From contig CBDCMT010000001.1 of NCBI GenBank assembly GCA_965219095.1, forward strand, positions 2,304,001 to 2,368,000: a DNA stretch of 64,000 bases, given 5' to 3'. The notes under the pieces are model-generated. The model saw only the letters and a list, made by a program, of their open reading frames with translations. It was not told the DNA's origin and did not search any database. How positions within the stretch are numbered: the first letter of the stretch is position 1; each line of letters starts with the position of its first letter. Below, piece by piece: positions 1 to 8,942 of the stretch. Position numbers and translations under genes: made by a program. This stretch comes from Bdellovibrionales bacterium. GTDB taxonomy: Bacteria; Bdellovibrionota; Bdellovibrionia; Bdellovibrionales; UBA1609.

Positions 1-29
1 ACTGGAAATCTTTCTCACTCTTTTTTTTC

Positions 30-1548
30 GGCTCCTCCCGGAAATCTGTGGGTGAAAAGTAGTAGAAATCCCCCAAAAGAGCTCATATTAATCAAAGTAA
101 GAGTAAGACATCCTATCTTGTATTTTTGAGTTCTTTGAGGCCCTTACTGGCCTCTATCACCTCCGGTGATTGAACTCAAAAACATTCATTTTATTTGCTT
201 TTATTTGTTGTGTTACATTAAAATTTTAAAAAAGAAGCACCTACTTCCCAGATGCCTTAAAATGTTATTCAAAAAAAAAAAAAGGAGGGAAGAGATGCTT
301 TTGAAGACTATACTAAATGATTGTTTAAGATGGAAGTCTTTTGTATACGGAGACATTTATTTTTCAAAAGATAGAAAGTCAATTAATGTTCCTATTAAGG
401 CTCGTAAAAATGGCCAAGCTTTTTGTAGTGTTTGTAAGAAGCCCTGTTCAGTGTATGACAGCAGTAAATCATCACGGGACTTTGAATCCCTTCCTATTTT
501 AAGTTACAGGGTATTTTTTGTTTATTTTGTAAGAAGAGTTAATTGTCCTTGCTGTGGGGTAAAAGTTGAGTATTTACCTTGGGCCGATGGTAAGAAGAGT
601 TTAACGATCTTTTACATGAAGTATTTAGCAGACTGGTGTCGTCACCTGTCTTGGAAAGAGGTTTCTTGTAAGTTTCATGTCAGTTGGAATCAGGTCTATG
701 CTTCGGTAGAATGGGTCGTAGAATATGGTTTAAAACAAAGGGTTTTAAAGGGAATACAAGCTATAGGTGTAGATGAAATACAATGGAAAAAGAACCATCA
801 GTATCTCACCTTAGTCTATGAAATAAGCAAAGAAAGTGTTCGTTTGCTATGGATAGGAGAAAAAAGAACAGAAAAGAGTTTTAGAAAATTCTTTGATTTA
901 CTAGGAGAGAAGTCAAAAGATATACGGTTTGTGTGTTCTGATATGTGGAAGCCTTATTTAAAAGTCATAAAGGAGAGGGCAAGTGGAGCTTTACACATAT
1001 TAGATCGGTTTCATATCGTAGCAAGACTCAATAAGGCTTTAGACGAAGTGAGAGCTTCAGAACACAAAAAAATGAAAGAAGATGGGTATGAACCCCTTTT
1101 AACAAAAGCTAGATGGCCCTTGTTAAAAAATGCAGAAAATTTAAAATCTTATGAGAAAGTAAAATTAAGGCATTTAATACAGTACAATTTAAAAAGTATC
1201 CGCTGTTATTTTTTAAAAGAAGACTTCCGACAGTTATGGACCTATGTTTCACCAACTTGGGCTGGTAAATTTATAGACAGTTGGACGAGACGAGTCATGC
1301 TTTCAAAAATTGAACCTATGAAAAGAGAAGCAAAAACCATACGAAGACATAAGCTACTTATTCTTAATTACTTCAAGGCTAAAAAAACCTTCTCCTCAGG
1401 GATTGTAGAGGGTTTAAACAACAAAGTAAAACTCACTATGAGAAAATCTTACGGCTTTAGAACCTCTAAAGCTATAAAAATCGCCTTATATCATAACCTT
1501 GGAAAACTGCCAGAACCTCCGGGAACCCACAGATTCTTTTGAGGAGGC
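30..1548 (+). mobile_element. ISL3-family IS, complete
   Basis: Imperfect IRs GGCTCCTCCCGGAAATCTGTGGG and CCCACAGATTCTTTTGAGGAGGC; 8-bp TSD TTTTTTTC at 22-29 and 1549-1556. Confidence 0.95.
295..1542 (+). CDS. ISL3-family transposase
   Basis: Zn-finger CxxC...CxxC, IGVDE, CSDMWKPY, LDRFH and VEGLNNKVK motifs. ATG 295 follows AGGAGG and matches the start of the second copy. Confidence 0.93.
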   Translation: MLLKTILNDCLRWKSFVYGDIYFSKDRKSINVPIKARKNGQAFCSVCKKPCSVYDSSKSSRDFESLPILSYRVFFVYFVRRVNCPCCGVKVEYLPWADGKKSLTIFYMKYLADWCRHLSWKEVSCKFHVSWNQVYASVEWVVEYGLKQRVLKGIQAIGVDEIQWKKNHQYLTLVYEISKESVRLLWIGEKRTEKSFRKFFDLLGEKSKDIRFVCSDMWKPYLKVIKERASGALHILDRFHIVARLNKALDEVRASEHKKMKEDGYEPLLTKARWPLLKNAENLKSYEKVKLRHLIQYNLKSIRCYFLKEDFRQLWTYVSPTWAGKFIDSWTRRVMLSKIEPMKREAKTIRRHKLLILNYFKAKKTFSSGIVEGLNNKVKLTMRKSYGFRTSKAIKIALYHNLGKLPEPPGTHRFF

Positions 1549-2015
1549 TTTTTTTCTTCTCTTTCTTCTTCTCCTTAGGCCTTCTACCATAAACTAGCTT
1601 CTCACAACCTGGAAGCACAGGATTTCTTTGATTCTTAATGTCTATGATCAACTCTTCTGCTAACTTCTTAGCTTTTTTAACTTCCTTATCGCTTGCAAAA
1701 ATACCCATAGAACGAATGGTCTTTTGTACGCACTTCCCCTTAAGCCAAACAGACTCTACAATCCGTACACTTTTTTTACCCTTAGACTTTGATGTTACTT
1801 TTACAAACATTCTTCAAAAAGGCTAAACAACTTTTGCAAACTTGTAAAATGGGCCGGGGCCACAGAACCAACCTAAAACCTGTGTATAACTCCTTTAACT
1901 AAAAGCTAGAGGTAAAAGAACGAAAATATTTTTTTTAACTCACTGTGTTGTGTCGAAGTCAGGAGTTCCCATAACATTATTGATTTAAATGAAAGAAAAA
2001 ACTCTGATTGACCTT

Positions 2016-2951
2016 TTAGTTGATGATAGTAAGAACGTAATAAACATAAGAAGCTAAAGAAACAGAACCAAGAGTTAAGCTTACCATCTTTTTTTCAATG
2101 AATTTGTTAGCAATTAAAATGGAAAAAATAAAAAGCAAAGTGCTGAAAGCAAGCCAAATCAAGTCATAATATAACAAGGGGTTTTTAAGAATAAAAGCTT
2201 TCTGAGATACTAAGGAGGCAAATGTTAAAATAATGCAAAGATTGAAAATATTGGAGCCAAAAATGTTGCCCAAAGCCATTTGCCCTTTCTTTTTTAAAAC
2301 AGCTAAAAGGGAAGTTACAAATTCAGGAAGCCCTGTACCTACGGCTAAAATGATAGCTCCAGAGACTCTATCAGGCCAATGAAAGAGTTTCCCTAGGCCT
2401 TGTGTGCCTTTAACGGTCATTTCAGATCCTATAAAAAGAAACAAAGAGGCTGTAAGAAAGATCACAAGGCTGAGTCCTATATGACAGGGGGGGGCTGAAT
2501 TTTGTGTTTCAGGTGAGTTTTTATACTGCTTTGCTATAAGATATAAAAACACACCTAATAAAAGCAAAAGAACAAAAGATTCAGGAAAGCTTAAAATTTG
2601 ATTGTAAAAGAAAGCTATGAATAAAATAAGGGATAGTAAGAGAAATAAAAGTTCATATAAGTAAGAGCCTTTGTTTCTTAGTCCAAAAAAAAACAACATT
2701 CCTCCGATTAAAAGAGAGTTAAATACATTCGAACCTACAACATTGCCAAAGGCTAGCCCTTCAGCCCCTTTCATTACAGATGTTATGGAAATTAAAAGCT
2801 CAGGAAGACTTGTCCCCAAAGCTAATAGGGATATGCCTGAAAATGTACTTGAGAGGTGAAAACGTTGAGACATAGAAAGAGAGGCCCTGATTAAGAACTC
2901 AGCTCCCAGAATCAAAAAAGTAAAACCACAAAATGTCAGTAAATAGCTCAA
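2016..2951 (-). CDS. Ca2+/Na+ antiporter (CaCA, YrbG-like)
   Basis: Two alpha repeats, GTSLPE...GNVVGSN and GTGLPE...GNIFGSN; about 10 TM segments. Confidence 0.92.
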   Translation of the reverse strand: MSYLLTFCGFTFLILGAEFLIRASLSMSQRFHLSSTFSGISLLALGTSLPELLISITSVMKGAEGLAFGNVVGSNVFNSLLIGGMLFFFGLRNKGSYLYELLFLLLSLILFIAFFYNQILSFPESFVLLLLLGVFLYLIAKQYKNSPETQNSAPPCHIGLSLVIFLTASLFLFIGSEMTVKGTQGLGKLFHWPDRVSGAIILAVGTGLPEFVTSLLAVLKKKGQMALGNIFGSNIFNLCIILTFASLVSQKAFILKNPLLYYDLIWLAFSTLLFIFSILIANKFIEKKMVSLTLGSVSLASYVYYVLTIIN

Positions 2952-3123
2952 AGTTAAAAAAATCCGTCTTTTGTTTTTTTCATATCTTTTTAAATACCAA
3001 AAATTTTTCTGATTTCTTCATACAAAAGTCTAAGCCCCTCTGTATTTATAAAATGTAGCATAGTATATTAAAAAAGAAAAGAGTAAGTATAGATCTAAAA
3101 GAAAGTTTTTAAAGGTTTCAAGT

Positions 3124-3591
3124 GTGATAAAGAAAATAGGAATTTTAGTTTTATTATTTTTTGTGTTTTTTTCTTTTGTATGTTTTAGCGACACTTGTGT
3201 TAGAGTTTCAAGAGCTCATTTGAGAAAAAAGCCTTATTCTCAATCAAAAGTATCTTGGGTTGTGGGTCTTTACACACCTTTGATTGTCAGGAAAAAACAC
3301 AAATTTTGGTCTAAAGTTGAGGATGTAGATGGGCAGACTCACTGGATTCTTAACTCTCAACTCACCCATAAGTGGAGGTGTGGTACGATTTTAAAAAAAG
3401 CTTTCACGCGAAAAGGAGCAGGAGTTCATATGCTGGTAAGTCCTTTAGGGATCGTAGATCGCTACTGGTCTTTTAAAATCTTAAAACGACAAGATCACTG
3501 GCTTTATCTTAAAGATAAAAGTGGACAAAAAGTGTGGGTCTTTAAAGACCTTATTTGGAGGGCTCTAAGTTCAACGCAATTTCATTTTTAA
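3124..3591 (+). CDS. secreted tandem bacterial SH3-domain protein
   Basis: Signal peptide followed by two SH3-like repeats (LRKKP...WSKVEDVDGQTHWI; TRKGAG...WLYLKDKSGQKVWV). Confidence 0.75.
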   Translation: MIKKIGILVLLFFVFFSFVCFSDTCVRVSRAHLRKKPYSQSKVSWVVGLYTPLIVRKKHKFWSKVEDVDGQTHWILNSQLTHKWRCGTILKKAFTRKGAGVHMLVSPLGIVDRYWSFKILKRQDHWLYLKDKSGQKVWVFKDLIWRALSSTQFHF

Positions 3592-3649
3592 AATATCTTT
3601 AAGATGCTAAAAGGTATTGTTTATTTAAAAGGATACTTTTCAGAGGATG

Positions 3650-4063
3650 TCCTATTTCTCGGTGGAATTTTAGAGGGCGATTTCATGTTTAAGCGACCTT
3701 TCTTTGTTTTGCAACCATTTTTTCTAAGTTTTCTTTAAAGTTTTTTAAATGCATAAAGCCTCTGATTCGTCTAAATCTTTTCTCAGCATCAAAGAGAGTA
3801 ACAGCAGCCCAACGACTCACTTGGTCTGCTCCTCTCTTCCAGTTCTTAACCCTCCCTGTTATACCTTGAGGAAAACATAGACTCTATAGGATTCGTAGAC
3901 AGTAAAGTCTTTTTCAAGGAGAGGGTAGCTTTAAGACGAATCACAGTCAAAGTCTCCTTACAAGCTTCTTCAAGAGATTCTAAAGCTGAATGGTTGATCT
4001 GTTTCAACCAACAAATCAACTCCTCATGTTCTTTCAAAGCCGATTCATAATCTACTGAACCAT
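3650..4063 (-). pseudogene. IS256-family transposase C-terminal fragment
   Basis: SLEEA...TLLSTNPIESMFS, then after a frameshift RVKNWKRG...RWAA...AEKRFRRIRG. The 5' part is missing. Confidence 0.8.
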
Positions 4064-4107
4064 TGATCTTCCCCTAAAAAACTGTCCACTTTTTTGGGGG
4101 AAGATCA
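4064..4107. mobile_element. 44-bp empty IS3-family scar (left IR fused to right IR)
   Basis: TGATCTTCCCCTAAAAA is joined to ACTGTCCACTTTTTTGGGGGAAGATCA. The right half is identical to the IS3 end at 11403-11429 and the left half resembles 14360-14380. Confidence 0.8.
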
Positions 4108-6499
4108 TCTTTTCTGTTCGTTTCTCTCCTATCCACAATAAGCGTACACGGGTTTTGCTTATTTCATAGACTAAGGTGAGATACTGATGGTTCTTTTTCC
4201 GTAACTGCTCACTCTCGTAAGTTTTTATTTAAAGCCATAGAGATGGCTTCTAAAGAAGAATACCCTTTATTTCTCATTGTTTTAACATAGCTGGTAATAC
4301 GACAAAAATATTTCGCCATTTCTTCTGTTCTGAAACACCCTGACACTTTCTTTTTCACTTTAGTCATTCTTAGATCTCTTTCAGCTCTGTTATTAGTAGG
4401 ATCTACGTTCTTTCTTTTAGCAAAGCACAGTATTTCTGCTTCATACTTTTTAAATCGCAGCCAAAGGTTTTGAGCTTGTGTATGCTTTATTCGTCCTTTC
4501 TTGCCATTTTTCTTAGGAAATTCTGGAAGCTCTTTTAAGCCTTTTGTAAGAATACTCCTATACCTTCTCTGAAGAGTTTCGTACTCTTTTTGAGTCAGAA
4601 CTCTTGACTCTTTTTTATGAACTAGCTCCACAGTCTCTTTAAGAAGTTTTTTGAGATTTGTAGCCCATTTGAATCCATTGCTTTCTTCTATAAATTTAAG
4701 CTCTCTCAAAAGGTGAGCCACACACAAAGCATGAGTTATCTTATCATAACAAAAGTAAGGACTCCAACAATCATGCACAAGCACTCCTGCATATCTATCC
4801 AAGAGACCAATATCTTTTATGGCTTCCCTTCCACGTGAAAGGTGGAGAAACTGCAAGACTAATTCTCCTGAACTATAAGTATGAATCCAGTAGTTTTTAC
4901 CCTTAACCCTCATAGAGGTCTCATCAACATGAATGAGCTCTGATTCAAGTATCTTTTCTTTCATCTGCTCTTCCCAACTTTTAAGAAACTCTCCTAATTC
5001 AGCAATGTATCTCAACATAACTGCAGGAGAAATCATTCGACCTATAAGCCCCATGTAATGTTCCCCAACACGCTCTAAAAGACAGCATCTGAACTATAAT
5101 GAAATTGATGATGGAAGCTCTAATGCCTATACCATACTGAAGAGGACCACTCATACCTTTAGGGAATTGACCTTTATTTCTAGCTCCACATGAGGGACAA
5201 TTCTTAACTTCAGAAGTTACAGTATGGGTCTGAATTTCATAAAAAATATCAATCTTTTTACGCTTCTCAAGGCTTTTTACCTCTGCTGTCTTTAAAAACA
5301 TCCCACACTGAGAACACTCTGAGGGAGAGACAGTCTCCTCACTGTTTTGTATCTTTACTGTTATCAAGTCTAGAGCCCTTTTTCTGACTCCCACTAGCTT
5401 TCTTATTACGATTCCCTTGACGACTAAAATCTTGCGAAGGAGGAAGACCGCTGTTGCTGGAATTTTTTCGAACCTGTTTTTCTAAAAACACAACAATCAG
5501 AATGTTCACAACCTTAAAGAGAGATTCAACAATCACAGAAATCTCAGTAGGCACAGAACCTTTCTTTGCAAACTTATCAAAGTCACTTCTTATATTTTTA
5601 ATCTCATTTCTGATGGAGGTCTTATTTATTGTCATTTGAAAAAAGTATTTAAAAGAAAATCTGTAAGAGCAAGACTTTTATCTTAAAACAGGTCTAAAGT
5701 TAGGGATAACTGAACAATGTAGGTGAGCAGTTACCTTTTTCCATTGTATTTCATCTACACCTATAGCTTGTATTCCCTTTAAAACCCTTTGTTTTAAACC
5801 ATATTCTACGACCCGTTCTACCGAAGCATAGACCTGATTCCAACTGACATGAAACTTACAAGAAACCTCTTTCCAAGACAGGTGACGACACCAGTCTGCT
5901 AAATACTTCATGTAAAAGATCGTTAAACTCTTCTTACCATCGGCCCAAGGTAAATGTTCAACTTTTACCCCACAGCAAGGACAATTAACTCTTCTTACAA
6001 AATAAACAAAAAACACCCTGTAACTTAAAATAGGAAGGGATTCAAAGTCCCGTGATGATTTACTGCTGTCATACACTGAACAGGGCTTCTTACAAACACT
6101 ACAAAAAGCTTGGCCATTTTTACGAGCCTTAATAGGAACATTAATTGACTTTCTATCTTTTGAAAAATAAATGTCTCCGTATACAAAAGACTTCCATCTT
6201 AAACAATCATTTAGTATAGTCTTCAAAAGCATCTCTTCCCTCCTTTTTTTTTTTTTTTGAATAACATTTTAAGGCATCTGGGAAGTAGGTGCTTCTTTTT
6301 TAAAATTTTAATGTAACACAGCAAATAAAAGCAAATAAAATGAATGTTTTTGAGTTCAATCACCGGAGGTGATAGAGGCCAGTAAGGGCCTCAAAGAACT
6401 CAAAAATACAAGATAGAATGTCTTACTCTTACTTTGATTAATATGAGCTCTTTTGGGGGATTTTTACTACTTTTTACCCACAGATTCCCGGGAGGAGCC
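4108..6499 (-). mobile_element. ISL3 copy 2, 3'-truncated and split by IS66
   Basis: 6499-5735 is near-identical to the reverse complement of 30-~790. The sequence resumes at 4200-4108 after the IS66 and stops at the IS3 scar. Confidence 0.92.
4201..5734 (-). mobile_element. IS66-family IS (single-transposase type); transposase split into ORFs 5635-5339, 5394-4999 and 5054-4209
   Basis: IRs GTAACTGCTCAC; 8-bp TSD CTTTTTCC at 4193-4200 and 5735-5742; motifs NSSNSGLPPS, HVDET, LCVAHLLREL and TNNRAERDLR. Confidence 0.95.
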
Positions 6500-6527
6500 G
6501 TAATTTCTAGCCAAGGGGTATAAAAAC

Positions 6528-7547
6528 TTAAACTGTGTTGATGGAATCCATACAAAAATAGCTCACTGTTTTTCGCCCCCCTTTTTTTAAAAATTCTATA
6601 TAAAGACTTTTTAAGAGCTTATGCCTTAAAGGCCTAGGAAGTCTAATTTTTTTATCAAAACCTTTTATGACTTCAAAATCCAGAAGATTTGAGTTAGGAT
6701 AATTTCTTTTGAGTTCTAGAAAACTTTTTTGAGAGTATCGAATAGCACCTAAAGAAGCATAGCTTAATTTTTTGAGAGGTATGTGTTGATTCAATTGAGA
6801 AAAAAGCTCTCTGTATTCAGAAAGTAAGTTTTCAGAAGGGATAATAGGGTCAAAATGAACGCCTATTAAAAAACCTTTTTTATAAAGAGTTTCTATAGCT
6901 TTTAACCTTTGAACCAGACTTGCCGTCTTGTGATCATACTTTTTAACTGACTTTTCAGGAGACAAAGAAAAACTGATAATGATGTTTTCTAAGGGGGGGA
7001 GAGTTAAGAGGCGACGTATGTTGACTGACTTACTTCTTATTTCCCAAAAAGCTCTTTTGTGGGACTTAAAGAAATCATAGAAGAATTCTATTTCTCCTGT
7101 GAGGTGAGTGAGTGCTAAGGAATCGGTAAATTCTCCGCTATGAAACCAGATTCTTTTAGCAGTATCTTTTACTAAAATTTTTTTTATTTCACAAGATATA
7201 TCTTCAAAATTGATAAATAAAACAAGGTCAGGAGAGTTAAAATAACCTTGAAGGTAGCAGTACTCGCACTCATAAATACAGTTAAAGGCTTGAATGAAGT
7301 AATAATGGGATTCAGAATCATGTTCTAGACCATAAGCTGAAGGAGCAGGCTTTACTACATGTCCTTTTTTCTGTGCAATGAACAAATAAAAATTATCTCT
7401 TTTTTGCAAATAGGGCTTTTTGACTTTCTCAAAAATATCTCTGTAGTTTTCAATTGTGATTTTTTTAACTTTAGGAAAGAAGCTTGTTATTTTTTTCGTT
7501 CTATAATGATGAAGTATATCCTTTTCTATAAAAATCTTTTCGAACAT
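6528..7547 (-). CDS. spore photoproduct lyase-like radical SAM protein
   Basis: NCIYECEYCYLQ (CxxxCxxC), SGEFTDS, EIRSKS, FSLSP, HFDPII. Confidence 0.85.
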   Translation of the reverse strand: MFEKIFIEKDILHHYRTKKITSFFPKVKKITIENYRDIFEKVKKPYLQKRDNFYLFIAQKKGHVVKPAPSAYGLEHDSESHYYFIQAFNCIYECEYCYLQGYFNSPDLVLFINFEDISCEIKKILVKDTAKRIWFHSGEFTDSLALTHLTGEIEFFYDFFKSHKRAFWEIRSKSVNIRRLLTLPPLENIIISFSLSPEKSVKKYDHKTASLVQRLKAIETLYKKGFLIGVHFDPIIPSENLLSEYRELFSQLNQHIPLKKLSYASLGAIRYSQKSFLELKRNYPNSNLLDFEVIKGFDKKIRLPRPLRHKLLKSLYIEFLKKGGRKTVSYFCMDSINTV

Positions 7548-7549
7548 GT

Positions 7550-8557
7550 CTAAAAATCACCCTCAAGTGTGTTTTGTATTTCTTCGTAGGGCCACTGGGA
7601 AAGAGCAGACTTTAGTTGTTCATAATCTTTGAGGTTGGAAATTTTCATCTTAAGTTCTATGTCTTTGGTTTCAAAATCAGATTTGAACTGTACTTTGACT
7701 CCAAAAGATTTAATCTCTGAATTCATTTCATCCAGTACTTTTTTAAGATGACTCATTTCAGGAGAAAGTTTTCTTTTTAGAGTTTCAATGAGCTTTTGTG
7801 TTCTTTGTTTAGGGTGTTTGATTTCTTGTGGAATTAAGACAGTTTCTAAAGAAAAGTTCTTATCTTTTTTCTTAAGCTTCTTTAAAAGAGATTTGATTTT
7901 CTCCTTTTGACTGAAAGTAGCATAATATTTTGAAGGTAAACCAAGATGATCTTCTTCTTTTTTCTTTAAAGAAAATTTTTGAGATAAAAAATGTTTTAAA
8001 AAAGCATAGCTAAAAAGAGGATCTTTTGATAAAGCTTCTTTGCAAACCTTTCCCCCTCTATCGAAACCCCATTTAAAACTTTCAAAAGGAATGTTTAGTT
8101 TGTCGCTTGTAAAAGCTAAAGCCCATAACTCTCTATCAACTAAGCTTCCAAAATAAGAAAGTTCTTGAGAGGACTCAAAGTCTAAGACTCTTTCATAAGA
8201 TGAAATACAGTCCAGACCTTTTTTAGGAAGACTTGTATAACTTTGAAAATGCATTTGTTTAAGTGTGTGAAAAGCGTAGCAGGTTCTTACGGAATAAAGT
8301 TTTCCTAGAGCTATTTTTTCATCTAAAACACCTGCCACACCGTAGTTGATAAGGGAGTGAGGCTTCATGTTTTGGCTTAAAAGAAAACCTAAAGCTAAAG
8401 AGGTTTTGTGAAGAGATTTTGTAAGCCCCTCTCCTGTAATCAAAAGGTAATGATTTTCTGAGACCATAAGTTCCTTACAGGCTGTTTTCTCATAATGAAA
8501 ATGTTCTAAGAAAGCTTGAGCTTCTCTTTTGTGGGCTATAGCAATGAGGTTTTTCAT
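7550..8557 (-). CDS. nucleoside phosphorylase/MTA-SAH nucleosidase-fold protein with a C-terminal extension
   Basis: AIAHKREA, LITGEG, INYGVAG and LVDRE match the PNP_UDP fold pattern. The stop lies 2 bp before the SPL-like start. Confidence 0.6.
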   Translation of the reverse strand: MKNLIAIAHKREAQAFLEHFHYEKTACKELMVSENHYLLITGEGLTKSLHKTSLALGFLLSQNMKPHSLINYGVAGVLDEKIALGKLYSVRTCYAFHTLKQMHFQSYTSLPKKGLDCISSYERVLDFESSQELSYFGSLVDRELWALAFTSDKLNIPFESFKWGFDRGGKVCKEALSKDPLFSYAFLKHFLSQKFSLKKKEEDHLGLPSKYYATFSQKEKIKSLLKKLKKKDKNFSLETVLIPQEIKHPKQRTQKLIETLKRKLSPEMSHLKKVLDEMNSEIKSFGVKVQFKSDFETKDIELKMKISNLKDYEQLKSALSQWPYEEIQNTLEGDF

Positions 8558-8942
8558 AGCTTCTTATTTAAAGTAAAAGGGTTAACAATTCAAGTCTTTG
8601 ACTTTTGGTTGAAGCTCTGCTAGCCTTTAGCTTATAGCTTATGTAGCTTATGGTGCAAACGTAGCTCTAACTTAATAACTTAATCGACTAGGTGATGTCA
8701 TCAATTGATTTAATGTGGGAACCTTATTTGAGGTCTGTGGTCTCTTGGGATCTCTTTCTAAGTTCTTTATGGACATTCAAAGAGCCCATCGTCGTTTTAC
8801 TTGTGAAGAAATCTGGAGTTTGGAAGAGAATTTTTCCATTTATAAGAGGATTCTAAGGATTCTAAAAATGAACATCTTGTAGGTCGTTTTGATAGATGAT
8901 TTTGAAGTTCTCTTCTTCTTTCATTGGCAAACGAGGCTTGCT

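Larger units (their letters stand above)
1..1963 (-). mobile_element. IS1634-family element, 5' part, interrupted by ISL3 and running off the window start
   Basis: ORF 1810->1549 MFVKVTSKSKGKKSVRIVESVWLKGKCVQKTIRSMG resembles an IS1634 transposase N-terminus. The frame resumes at 29->1 (EKKSEKDFQ) once the ISL3 is removed. The end motif CCTGACTTCGACACA lies at 1963 on the - strand, with a related end at 47000. Confidence 0.75.

Noticed and set aside
166..294. 43-aa N-terminal extension of the ISL3 transposase
   Set aside because: It crosses a poly-A tract that is out of frame in copy 2, and ATG 295 has the Shine-Dalgarno sequence.
8628..8652. TAGCTTAT repeated three times
   Set aside because: Short, probably slippage; no supportable function.
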